A stretch of DNA of 64,000 nt, taken from Eledone cirrhosa (taxonomy: Eukaryota). The position numbers and the translations under genes are program-made. How positions within the stretch are numbered: the stretch's first letter is position 1; each line of letters opens with the position of its first letter. The stretch spans positions 16,058,001 to 16,122,000 of the forward strand of contig OZ024759.1 in NCBI GenBank assembly GCA_964016885.1. Reading direction: 5' to 3'. The notes beneath the pieces are model-generated. The model had not been told where the DNA came from. It saw nothing but the letters and a program-made list of their open reading frames with translations, and did no database searches. Positions 29,696 through 43,248 of the stretch are shown here, one piece after another.

Positions 29696-29820
29696 CATAT
29701 ATATATACATACATCTATATATATATACAATATATAAATATATATAATATATATGATATAAATATATAAATATATATCTATATATGTTTGTAGTTGTCTG
29801 TGATTGAGCGCGTGCGCCCT

Positions 29821-29924
<104 letters not shown>

Positions 29925-30611
29925 TGTGTGTGCGTGTGTATACATATATATAACACGGTGTTCGGCATAATATTTTCTCTGACACTAAGAATCATTCTAT
30001 CGTGGACACCAAATTAATGAAAGTGTTCATTAAAACTGCAAAACGATAGAATTTAGAAAGATTAATTTGCTAAAAACAGAATCAAAGACCTTCCAACAGC
30101 AATTACTAAGCTTTGTAATGAAACTGGACACAATAAGTAACCGCAGATTATGTAATTGTTGCGCAAAACTAACGGCAATCTAAGGGTTGAGGCCATCGCC
30201 ATTGCCTACCACCATATTCTTTTGTTACATCATGTCGTTTCATATATTACAATTCAACACCCGTTTCAATGGTGGAACTTTCTGCAGTATCAAGATGATA
30301 CACAAAAGTGTCTGGGGGTCCACATGACAGGTGCAATGTGTCCGAACACGGAAGGGCCGAACTCTCGCTGTCATTGCCTCCATCGCTCTCGCCCGCTCCT
30401 TCTCTCCGTATTGATGGTGTTGGAGGTGGCGGTGATGGTGGGTCGTCAAGTATGAAATTTGTAGAAATTTGTTTGTTTTGTTTATTTTTGTGTTCTACAA
30501 ATTTCATACTTGACAACCCAATACATATGGTCTCTACCCCCAACCGTTGCTGGAGATATTGCTCCATAAATGGTTCGGCGATATCTGGAGACCTAAAGAA
30601 ATCTTGTATAT

Positions 30612-31480
30612 ATGGTGGTGATGGTGGTGGTGGTGGTGGTGGTGGAGGTGGTGGTGGTGGTGGTGGTGGTGGTGGTGGTGGTGGTGGTGGTGGTGGTGGT
30701 GGTGGTGGTGGCCGTGGTGGTGGCGTTGTAGTGGTGGTGGTGGTGGTGGTGGTGGGTGGTGGGTGGTGGTGATGGTGGTGGTGGTGGTGGTGGAGTTGTG
30801 GTGGTGGTTGTGGTGGTGGTGGCGTAGTGGTGGTGGTCGTGGTGGTCGTGGTAGTAGAAGTGGTGACGGCGGCGGTGGTGGTGGTGGTGGTGGTGGTGGT
30901 GGTGGCCGTGGTGGTGGCGTTGTAGTGGTGGTGGTGGTGGTGGTGGTGGGTGGTGGGTGGTGGTGATGGTGGTGGTGGTGGTGGTGGAGTTGTGGTGGTG
31001 GTTGTGGTGGTGGTGGCGTAGTGGTGGTGGTCGTGGTGGTCGTGGTGGTCGTGGTAGTAGAAGTGGTGACGGCGGCGGTGGTGGTGGTGGTGGGGGTGGT
31101 GGCCGTGGTGGTGGCGTTGTAGTGGTGGTGGTGGTGGTGGTGGTGGGTGGTGGGTGGTGGTGATGGTGGTGGTGGTGGTGGAGTTGTGGTGGTGGTTGTG
31201 GTGGTGGTGGCGTAGTGGTGGTGGTGGTGGTGGTCGTGGTAGTAGAAGTGGTGACGGCGGCGGTGGAGGTGGTGGTGGTGGTGGTGGTGGTGGTGGTGGT
31301 GGTGGTGGTTGTGGTGGTGGTGGTGGTGGTGGTGGTGGTGGTCGTGGTGGTGGCGTTGTAGTGGTGGTGGTGGTGGTGGACGTGGTGGTGGTGGTGTTGG
31401 TAGTAGTAGTGGTGGCAGCGGCGGTGGTGGCGGTGGCCGTGGGGTGGGGGTGGGGGGTAGTGGTGCTGGTGTAGTGGCGG
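30612..31480. repeat. (GGT)n tract with a ~195-bp higher-order triplication
   Basis: GTAGTAGAAGTGGTGACGGCGGC at ~30851, 31054 and 31239. Confidence 0.92.
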
Positions 31481-31489
31481 TGGTGATGT

Positions 31490-33265
31490 AGAGATGGTGT
31501 AGTGTTGACAATGGTGGTGTTATAGTGACGGTATAGTGTTGACGGTGGAGTTGATGTAGTGATGGTGTAGTGTTGACAGTGGTGGTGTTATAGTGACGGT
31601 GTAGTGTTGACAGTGGTGGTGTTATAGTGACGGTGTAGTGTTGACAGTAGTGGTGTTATAGTGACGGTGTAGTGTTGACAGTAGTGGTGATATAGTGACG
31701 GTGTAGTGTTGACAGTAGTGGTGTTATAGTGACGGTGTAGTGTTGACCGTGGTGGTGTTATAGTGACGATGTAGTGTTGACAGTAGTGGTGTTATAGTGA
31801 CGGTGTAGTGTTGACAGTAATGGTGTTATAGTGACGGTGTAGTGTTGACCGTGGTGGTGTTATAGTGACGGTGTAGTGCTGACAGTAGTGGTGTTATAGT
31901 GACGGTGTAGTGTTGACAGTAGTGGTGTTATAGTGACGGTGTAGTGTTGACCGTGGTGGTGTTATAGTGACGGTGTAGTGTTGACAGTAGTGGTGTTATA
32001 GTGACGGTGTAGTGTTGACAGTAATGGTGTTATAGTGACGGTGTAGTGTTGACCGTGGTGGTGTTATAGTGACGGTGTAGTGCTGACAGTAGTGGTGTTA
32101 TAGTGACGGTGTAGTGTTGACAGTAGTGGTGTTATAGTGACGGTGTAGTGTTGACAGTAGTGGTGTTATAGTGACGGTGTAGTGTTGACCGTGGTGGTGT
32201 TATAGTGACGATGTAGTGTTGACAGTAGTGGTGTTATAGTGACGGTGTAGTGTTGACAGTAATGGTGTTATAGTGACGGTGTAGTGTTGACCGTGGTGGT
32301 GTTATAGTGACGGTGTAGTGCTGACAGTAGTGGTGTTATAGTGACGGTGTAGTGTTGACAGTAGTGGTGTTATAGTGACGGTGTAGTGTTGACCGTGGTG
32401 GTGTTATAGTGACGGTGTAGTGTTGACAGTAGTGGTGTTATAGTGACGGTGTAGTGTTGACCGTGGTGGTTTTATAGTGACGGTGTAGTGTTGACCGTGG
32501 TGGTGTTATAGTGGCGGTGTAGTGTTGACCGTGGTGGTGTTATAGTGACGATGTAGTGTTGACAGTAGTGGTGTTATAGTGACGGTGTAGTGTTGACAGT
32601 AATGGTGTTATAGTGACGGTGTAGTGTTGACCGTGGTGGTGTTATAGTGACGGTGTAGTGTTGACAGTAGTGGTGTTATAGTGACGGTGTAGTGTTGACA
32701 GTAGTGGTGTTATAGTGACGGTGTAGTGTTTCGCGTGGTGGTGTTATAGTGACGGTGTAGTGTTGACAGTAGTGGTGTTATAGTGACGGTGTAGTGTTGA
32801 CAGTGGTGGTGATGTAGTGATGGTGTAGTTTTGACCGTGCTGGTGTTATGGTGACGGTATAGTGTTGACAGTAGTGGTGTTATAGTGATGGTGTATTGTT
32901 GACAGTAGTGGTGTTATAGTGACGGTGTAGTGTTGAGCGTGGTGGTGATGTAGTGATGGTGTAGTGTTGACGGTGGTGGTTATGTAGTGATGGTGTAGTG
33001 TTGACAGTAGTGGTGTTATAGTGACGGTATAGTGTTGACAGTAGTGGTGTTATAGTGTTATAGTGATGGTGTAGTGTTGACAATAGTGGTGTTATAATGA
33101 CGGTGAAGTGTTGACCGTGGTGGTGTTATAGTGACGGTGGTGTTATGTTGACCGTAGTGGTGTTATAGTGACGGTATAGTGTTGACGGTGGTGATGTAGT
33201 GATGGTGTAGTGTTGACAGTAGTGGTGTTATATTGACGATGGTGTTATGTTGACCGTGGTGGTAT
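31490..33265. repeat. 34-bp minisatellite (TAGTGACGGTGTAGTGTTGACAGTAGTGGTGTTA)n
   Basis: 34-bp period read directly. Confidence 0.95.
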
Positions 33266-33904
33266 AGTTCTCTTCTCTATTCGGTAAGTAATTCTAGTTG
33301 AGGAATTGCAGAAACCTCATTTGTGCCACTCGAAATATCACTTTCGCTCATAAAATGAACTGCTTATTTTTTTCATATCTTCATATAGCAAAATATTTTC
33401 TTGTTACTGTAATTCTTGTTTTTTTCTTATTAACAGAAGCGTTCAAATTTTGAAATTGAGTTTTTGATGACAATTTTTTTTTTTTTTTTTTCGTTTATAA
33501 TGTATGAATCCCTCTGTTAAATTGAATATAACTTTTTTGTGAGGTTTTAATGTCAAATGTTTTTTCCTGTATAATGTGTGAATCTCTCTGTTAAGTTGAA
33601 TATAACTTTTTTGTGAGGTTTTAATGTCAAATTTTTTTTCCTGTATAATGTATGAATTCCTCTGTTAAGTTGAATATAAATATTTTTATTGATCCCCGTG
33701 CTGTTAAGCTCAATTTTTCACTTTTTGATGGGAGAGGGGGGTGTTTTTCTTATAGGAGTTGGATGTAAATAAAACTATAAAAACAAAATTATAGACAAAC
33801 GTTATAGAAATTACTTCTTCTGTGCTATGATAGAAATATCCAATATATTCCAAGAAGTTCCCTATTGAGAATTATCCAAAATTATATATATGTGTGTGTG
33901 TGTC

Positions 33905-34105
33905 AGTCGATCGACTTTCGTCAAATCAGACCGAGGAAACAATATTTCCATGGGTCTTTCCAATTGCTAATACTATCTATCGGTCGCAACTCCAGATTGA
34001 AGGACCAAACGTGAAATAAATTGTCTTGCTCAAGGACATAACGCATCTCCCGGTCCAGGAATCGAACTCGCAACCTCACGATTGCAAATCCAATTCTCTC
34101 ACCCA
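33905..34105 (-). mobile_element. CORE-like SINE family 2
   Basis: Closely matches 16081-16295. Confidence 0.82.
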
Positions 34106-34147
<42 letters not shown>

Positions 34148-34326
34148 TTAAAAAATATATGATCAACACTACTGTGTTTTTTTTGCAAAATGACAATAAT
34201 TTTTTTTTTTTATATATATATATATGTATAGATCAGTAAATAGTTGCTCCGAAGAATCCAAACCTCGGTTTGGAGGAAACAATTGTAAGCAAATAGATGA
34301 CTTAAACTGAACTTTGATTATTGTAA

Positions 34327-34388
<62 letters not shown>

Positions 34389-34782
34389 AATGAGGTAAAT
34401 ATCTCACTGAGTACAAAGTACCCATAGAGATATATAGGGTGTAAACTCTTCATCAGATAGCTATTTCCATTCTATAGGACTTAAGTCCCTCGGTCTGCAA
34501 ATATAATGCCAACTACCAGCTCGTATGAGTTATGGCCGTTAAAGTGACCCACACGTGAACCGGCCGCTAGTGTAAGCGGGAATATTACAGACTTGTTGAT
34601 GGCTTTGCTGCTAAAAAAATAGCAGTAAGCAACAACGAATTTTTTCTCTACATAGATTGGAGAATATATAAAAATGAGGTAAATATCTCACTGAGTACTA
34701 AGTACCCATAGTACTAAGTACCCATATAGGGTTTCTATAAATATAATTGTTGTTCTGTGGTACTAATTCGAGATACCAGAAC

Positions 34783-35027
34783 TATAAAAATTGATGAGCA
34801 GAACAAACAAACATTAAATAATCCTTTAAATAAATTAAAAATGATTCAAATATCTACCTGTTCATAATGCTATTACCGGCGGTTTCCATTTACAAAAGAT
34901 TAGAAATTCAGAGAATTTCCAACGGAAAGTAAACTTCATCATTATGAACAGGTAGATATTTGAAACATTTTTTAATTTATTTAAAGGATTATTTAATGTT
35001 TGTTTGTTCTGCTCATCAATTTTTATA
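34783..35027. repeat. Fold-back with 87-bp arms; the 70-bp spacer holds a 5'-clipped hammerhead (minus strand)
   Basis: Arms 34783-34869 and 34940-35027; minus strand reads TGATGA-AGTTTAC...GTAAAT-G-GAAA-CCGCCGG-TA-ATAGC. Confidence 0.8.
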
Positions 35028-35066
35028 TATATATATATTTTTTTTTTCTTAGCCACTGTAACACTG

Positions 35067-37610
35067 GAACGTCATTCACCGCCGCTAGAACGTCATTTAC
35101 CGCCGCTAACAAATCATTTACCACCGCTACAACGTCATTTACCGCCGCTAACAAGTCATTTACCACCGCTACAACGTCATTTACCGCCGCTAACAAGTCA
35201 TTTACCACCGCTACAACGTCATTTACCGCCGCTAACAAGTCATTTAACACAGCTACAACGTCATTTACCGCCGCTAACAAGTCATTTACCACCGCTACAA
35301 CGTCATTTACCGCCGCTAACAAGTCATTTACCACCGCTACAACGTCATTTACCACCGCCGCTAACAAGTCATTTACCACCGCTACAACGTCATTTACCGC
35401 CGCTAACAAGTCATTTACCACCACTACAACGTCATTTACCGCCGCTAACAAGTCATTTACCACCGCTACAACGTCATTTACCGCCACTAACAAGTCATTT
35501 ACCACCGCTACAACGTCATTTATCGCCGCTAACAAGTCATTTACCACCGCTACAACGTCATTTACCGCCGCTAACAAGTCATTTACCACCGCTACAACGT
35601 CATTTACCGCCGCTAACAAGTCATTTACCACCGCTACAACGTCATTTACCGCCGCTAACAAGTCATTTACCACCGCTACAACGTCATTTACCGCCGCTAA
35701 CAAGTCATTTACCACCGCTACAACGTCATTTACCGCCACTAACAAGTCATTTACCACCGCTACAACGTCATTTATCGCCGCTAACAAGTCATTTACCACC
35801 GCTACAACGTCATTTACCGCCGCTAACAAGTCATTTACTACCGCTACAACGTCATTTACCGCCGCTAACAAGTCATTTACCACCGCTACAACGTCATTTA
35901 CCGCCGCTAATAAGTCATTTACCACCGCTACAACGTCATTTACCGCCGCTAACAAGTCATTTACCACCGCTACAACGTCATTTATCGCCGCTAACAAGTC
36001 ATTTACCACCGCTACAACGTCATTTACCGCCGCTAACAAGTCATTTACCACCACTACAACGTCATTTACCGCCGCTAACAAGTCATTCACCGCCGCTAGA
36101 ACGTCATTTACCGCCGCTAACAAGTCATTTACCACCGCTACAACGTCATTTACCGCCGCTAACAAGTCATTTACTACCGCTACAACGTCATTTACCGCCG
36201 CTAACAAGTCATTTACCACCGCTACAACGTCATTTACCCCCGCCGCTAACAAGTCATTTACTACCGCTACAACGTCATTTACCGCCGCTAACAAGTCATT
36301 TACTACCGCTACAACGTCATTTACCGCCGCTAACAAGTCATTTACCACCGCTACAACGTCATTTACCGCCGCTAACAAGTCATTTACCACCGCTACAACG
36401 TCATTTACCGCCGCTAACAAGTCATTTACTACCGCTACAACGTCATTTACCGCCGCTAACAAGTCATTTACCACCGCTACAACGTCATTTACCGCCGCTA
36501 ACAAGTCATTTACTACCGCTACAACGTCGTTTACCGCCGCTAACAAGTCATTTACCACCGCTACAACGTCATTTACCGCCGCTAACAAGTCATTTACTAC
36601 CGCTACAACGTCATTTACCGCCGCTAACAAGTCATTTACCACCGCTACAACGTCATTTACCGCCGCTAACAAGTCATTTACTACCGCTACAACGTCATTT
36701 ACCGCCGCTAACAAGTCATTTACCACCGCTACAACGTCATTTACCGCCGCTAACAAGTCATTTACTACCGCTACAACGTCATTTACCGCCGCTAACAAGT
36801 CATTTACCACCGCTACAACGTCATTTACCGCCGCTAACAAGTCATTTACTACCGCTACAACGTCATTTACCGCCGCTAACAAGTCATTTACCACCGCTAC
36901 AACGTCATTTACCGCCGCTAACAAGTCATTTACTACCGCTACAACGTCATTTACCGCCGCTAACAAGTCATTTACTACCGCTACAACGTCATTTACCGCC
37001 GCTAACAAGTCATTTACTACCGCTACATCGTCATTTACCGCCGCTAACAAGTCATTTACCACCGCTACAACGTCATTTACCGCCGCTAACAAGTCATTTA
37101 CTACCGCTACAACGTCATTTACCGCCGCTAACAAGTCATCTACTACCGCTACAACGTCATTTACCCCCGCTAACAAGTCATTTACCACCGCTACAACGTC
37201 TTTACCGCCGCTAACAAGTCATTTACCACCGCTACAACGTCTTTACCGCCGCTAACAAGTCATTTACCACCGCTACAACGTCATTTACCGCCGCTAACAA
37301 GTCATTTACCACCGCTACAACGTCATTTACCGCCGCTAACAAGTCATTTACCACCGCTACAACGTCATTTACCACCGCCGCTAACAAGTCATTTACTACC
37401 GCTACAACGTCATTTACCGCCGCTAACAAGTCATTCACCGCCGCTACAACGTCATTTACCGCCGCCGCTAACAAGTCATTTACTACCGCTACAACGTCAT
37501 TTACCGCCGCTAACAAGTCATTTACCACCGCTACAACGTCATTTACCGCCGCTAACAAGTCATTTACTACCGCTACAACGTCATTTACCGCCGCTAACAA
37601 GTCATTCGCC
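35067..37610. repeat. 42-bp (2x21) minisatellite, about 60 units
   Basis: ACAACGTCATTTACCGCCGCT-AACAAGTCATTTACCACCGCT. Confidence 0.97.
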
Positions 37611-37777
37611 TCTGCTGACATCATTAGCTATGTCTATTCAAATCACCTCTTCTAAGCCATTCACTAGATCTTTCTCTACTCTGCGCTATTCATCTTTATT
37701 TTTCTACAGCATAATGTTAGTGTGTTTGTTTTAACTGAGATTTATGTTATATTTCCAGCAAGCAAATATTATGTAAC

Positions 37778-37903
<126 letters not shown>

Positions 37904-38116
37904 TTATGTATGTATTTGTGTGTGTATACGCATGTTTGTATATATAAATGTGTATATATGTATTGTATGCATGTGTACATGTATATGCATATATATATAT
38001 ATGTATATATATATACACACACATATATATATACATATATATATACATATATATAAACATATATATATACATATATATAAACATATATATATACATATGT
38101 ATATATATATATATAC

Positions 38117-38193
<77 letters not shown>

Positions 38194-38654
38194 AGTGTAG
38201 AGTAATGTGATAACATGTCGGATAAAATCTTCATTAGCAAACCGATAATTTTATATTAGATTAAAGATATGACACCTCTTTACTTCCATATTTTATTTTA
38301 TTTCATTTTTTTTTTTTGGCGTTGCTGTTGTCATTGTCGTTGTTTTTGTTGTTGTTCTGTTTGATTGATTGTTTAACATGTCTTCATCGTGTTTTGTTGT
38401 TGTTTTGTTTGATTTTTCTCTCGATTTGCATTTTTTTTTTTTTTCAAATTTCATTTTGAACCGATAATAATATTAATAACAGTAATTATTATTATTGTTG
38501 TTGTTGTTGTTGTTTTTGTTCTTCTTATTGTTAACCGTCTTCATCATCATCGCCATACCATCATCGTAGTCACCGCCACAATCATCATCGCCATCGTCAT
38601 CGTCATCATCATCATCGCCATCGCCAACATCATTGACACTATCATTATCACCAT

Positions 38655-38690
<36 letters not shown>

Positions 38691-38847
38691 TGACATCCCC
38701 CACAATCATCATTGCCATCACCATCATTATTCTAAACGTTCAAAGACTTTACAACAATGAATGACCTGATTTCCTGAACTCTCTCACTTCCATTGAGAGA
38801 ACAATGACTTTTTTATTACTATATATATGTGTGTGTGTGTGTGTATG

Positions 38848-38894
<47 letters not shown>

Positions 38895-38911
38895 GTGTGT
38901 GTGTGTGTATA

Positions 38912-38982
<71 letters not shown>

Positions 38983-39011
38983 TTGTGTGTGTGTGTATGA
39001 TTATATGTTTA

Positions 39012-39055
<44 letters not shown>

Positions 39056-39057
<2 letters not shown>

Positions 39058-39217
39058 CGAAGGAAATGTGGTAAGGAACCTGGTGGACCATAACGCACCA
39101 AAGTACTCAATACTTAGGGTAGTAGAGTGGGTAATAGGAACCAGTAAGACCCCGACGGCTGAGCTCAGAATTAGCCGTCGAAACGGCTTGAGCTCAGTCG
39201 TCGGGGTCTTACTGGTT

Positions 39218-39222
<5 letters not shown>
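39056..39222. mobile_element. Fold-back family A, copy 2
   Basis: Closely matches 4655-4853 but has a different, asymmetric hairpin centre; in (TA)n. Confidence 0.85.
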
Positions 39223-39269
<47 letters not shown>

Positions 39270-39704
39270 AATACATACATATATACATTCATACATACTA
39301 CCTGGAGTTGCGACCGATAGATAGTATTAGCAATTGGAAAGACCAACGGAAACATAGTTTCCTCGGTCCGATTTGACGAAAGTCGATCGACTAGAATATG
39401 CATGCATATATTGACATGGCGTTTGTTCGGTATTTCTAAACTAGACTGCTATTTTTTTTATTAACCTCGAATGGATGAAAATCAAAGTCGACCTCATATA
39501 TGAATGGATGGACCCGTAACTCTCAAGGGAGGCGCAGGTCTAAATACAGCAGATTTCTTCCAGAGAATGATAGAGAAATCGAGAGAAAGGAAATAAGAAA
39601 GAGAGATAGACTGGGACATTTTTTATCGGCGAGATTTTGAACTCAGAGAGCAGAGAACTCTATCTGACTTTCTAACGTTCTATCGCCAATATATATATAT
39701 ATAT

Positions 39705-39823
<119 letters not shown>

Positions 39824-39905
39824 AATGTATGTCTGTATGTATGTATGTATGTATGTATGTATGTATGTATGTATGTATGTATGTATGTATGTATGTATGT
39901 AGGTA

Positions 39906-40491
39906 TGTCAGGTCACCAGTTGGTGCTACTGGTAACATGTATCCCAGTACAACCTGACTCGTGGTCGGGTCGTTGGCGACTAAACTGGCAACCCCACCAA
40001 GGTTTCTTGGTGAGGAGGGTGACTTTGGACATCCTGCAGGACGAAAAACAATACCTGTCAAAGGGCAAAGGAGCTCTTAAGAGTCAATGGCCATCCAAAA
40101 TCACCGGGAGAGATGACCCCTTAGCCTTTGTCCAGGCAGAATTCTAGAAGGAAAACTCTGATATAACACCTGCAACCCTGATTGTATCCAATGATGTTGA
40201 CTTGTTCTTCTTTTTGGTAAATATCATCTTGGTTAAGAGAGTGGGACTGGCTTTGTGCAGTGCCTTTGCTCACTATAAAAGCTTCACGGCACAGGCATTG
40301 CTTTATATCTGGAGATCTCTCTGCACTTGTCGTCACATGGTACCATGGGCCCAGCACTATGTGTCAATAATTGTACTAGAGTTTTGAAGTCGCTGGCTGG
40401 ACTAAAAAGTCACACTCGTTCAGCGCATCGGTAGAGGTTCTCCTACATGGATATGAAGTAGTGGCCGTACACGAAAACGAGTTGGCAGCCA

Positions 40492-40494
<3 letters not shown>
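39906..40494 (+). mobile_element. Non-autonomous RTE-derived element (5' UTR fused to 3' end)
   Basis: RTE-like 5' UTR motifs (ACCTGTCAAAGGGC, TAGAAGGAAAACTCTG) joined to a SLAGLKSH zinc-finger remnant; follows (TATG)n; second copy at 46399. Confidence 0.7.
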
Positions 40495-40527
<33 letters not shown>

Positions 40528-40549
40528 CCACAACAGTTAGTTCACCATT

Positions 40550-40592
40550 ACCGAGAACAATTGTTTCACCTTATGCGGATCATCAGCTCGGT
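40550..40592 (-). ncRNA. Minimal type I hammerhead ribozyme inside a fold-back (40523-40691)
   Basis: Reverse complement: ACCGAG-CTGATGA-TCC GCATAA GGT-GAAA-CAATTG-TT-CTCGGT; 6-bp stem I, palindromic stem III, short stem II. Confidence 0.78.
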
Positions 40593-40765
40593 TTAATTGA
40601 GGTTGTACGGAACAAGAAAAACAGTTGTTTTTCCTGTTCCGTACAACCTCATTTATTCTTGGTAATGGTGAACTAACTGTTGTGGAACTACTTCTACCAA
40701 ACTCGTCCTATGGACTGAGTGCTCTACTACTACGGATATAACCCTCCAGTGTTCTACTATTATAT

Positions 40766-40941
40766 TGTCAGTATCGGTAGAGGGTCGGACGCCATGCTTT
40801 GTAGCATATAGTTACGTCCCTTTACGATCTGAGTTCAAATCCCACCGAGGTGAACTTTGCCTTTCATCCTTACGGGGTCGATAAATTAAAGCACCAGTAA
40901 TACACTGGTGTAATTGCTGGCCTTGTGCCAAAAGTAGAAAC

Positions 40942-40945
<4 letters not shown>
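40766..40945 (+). mobile_element. Meta-type SINE
   Basis: Matches the 8151 family. Confidence 0.9.
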
Positions 40946-40980
<35 letters not shown>

Positions 40981-41080
40981 TGTGTGTGTCTATGTATGTA
41001 TATATATATATATGTGTGTGTGTCTGCGTGTGTGTGTATGTATATATATATATATATATATATGTCTGTGTGTGTCTATG

Positions 41081-41131
<51 letters not shown>

Positions 41132-41272
41132 GTGTGTATGTATATATATATATGTCAGTGCACACATATATCTTATCTATGTATCTATATTTTTATTTAC
41201 ATGTATGTGTGTCAACCATTTTTTTCTCTCGTTCTTTCACTCTACTCCATCACCTCCTTCTCTACCCTCTCT

Positions 41273-41366
<94 letters not shown>

Positions 41367-41462
41367 TTCACTCTGTCTCCTTCATTCTTTCTCTCTTTTT
41401 CTCTCCGCCTCACTCTCCCTTCCCTCCTTCTCCCCCTCTCCCTCCCATCTCCCCCTATCTCG

Positions 41463-41506
<44 letters not shown>

Positions 41507-41838
41507 TTCCTTCCCTCCATACTTTCCTTCTCTCTCTACCATACTATTTCCACTATTTCTACAAGGAATTATAATCGCCAAAACCTAACATGTATTAACA
41601 GAAACTTGTGAATTAATAAGACTTCTTCTATTATTAATTATATGCAAGCGAAATTAAATGGCTGCAGGAAATTTCCTGTAAACAGTGAAAATGAAAGCAA
41701 AATTGAAAAATGAACACAGAAAATTTGCATAGGATGTCAAGAGTAAAAATTTATGAAGAAAATTAATATTAGTCTTTTTCTTCAGCTATCGTTCTTTCTC
41801 TTTCACGCTATCTATATATCTATCAATCACTCTAAATT

Positions 41839-42106
<268 letters not shown>

Positions 42107-42119
42107 TATATAAATATAT

Positions 42120-42170
<51 letters not shown>

Positions 42171-42324
42171 TATATATGTATATATATATATATATGTATA
42201 TCTGTGTGCGTGTGTCTGTGTGTGTGCACGTGTATGTGTGTGTGTACGTGTGTGTTTGTGTGTGTATGTGTCTGTGTTTGTCTGTTAACAATATTGACAT
42301 ATATATACGTATATGTGTATATAG

Positions 42325-42382
<58 letters not shown>

Positions 42383-42395
42383 TATGTGTATATAG

Positions 42396-42475
<80 letters not shown>

Positions 42476-42508
42476 TATCATATGTGTATATAGTTATAAT
42501 ATATATAG

Positions 42509-42576
<68 letters not shown>

Positions 42577-42715
42577 TTATACTCCTCTAAGCTAAAGTAT
42601 CATATATTCGTGGCTGATACTATTCTATTCATTGCACGTTCTACAACATGACTTAAGAAAGATTAAACTCTTCATTAGCATATTATACAATTGATATCTA
42701 CTGATATTTCACTGG

Positions 42716-43020
42716 GGAGGCACGTGGCCTAGTGGTAAGAGCGCTGGTAAAGGTGTTGGACTTATGATCATAATGTCGTGGGTTCGATTCCTAGGTTGCG
42801 TGTTGTGTTCTTGAGCAAAACACTTCATTTCACGTTGTCCCAGTATACTCAGCTATAAATGAGTCCCAGCAATAGTTGGGGGTTTAACCCTGCGATAGAC
42901 TGGTGTCCTGTCCAGGTGGGGGGGCCGGTCTTGTACTCTCAATCGCTTTACGCCATGAAGCCGAGATAAGCACTGGCCAAATGAGCCTTCTGGCTTAAGA
43001 CAGACTTTAGACTTTTAGAC
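42716..43020 (+). mobile_element. tRNA-derived CORE-like SINE with a different 3' tail
   Basis: TGGCCTAGTGG..GGTTCGATTCC head, TTCTTGAGCAAAACACTT core, GACTTTA-like tail repeats. Confidence 0.75.
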
Positions 43021-43136
43021 TTAGATATTTCACTAATGTTACATTGCAGTGTATGGTAGGATACCATCATTCGTAAGATATTCTATCGGTAACTGAAGAC
43101 GAGAATGTCACGCCTGTCAAATAGTTTGTAATACCC

Positions 43137-43167
<31 letters not shown>

Positions 43168-43248
43168 ATTCTCGCCGTTTTTTTTTTATTAAGAAGTTTA
43201 TAACAACGGCGGGAATTTATTTAACAACCCATTATATATATATATATA

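Noticed and set aside
30240-30420. GC-richer stretch with Cys-containing ORFs on both strands
   Set aside because: No convincing splice-site pair or recognisable domain; may be an old LINE remnant
30534-31511. Pro/His/Thr-rich 325 aa ORF
   Set aside because: Translation of (CCA)n, with the residue type switching at slippage points
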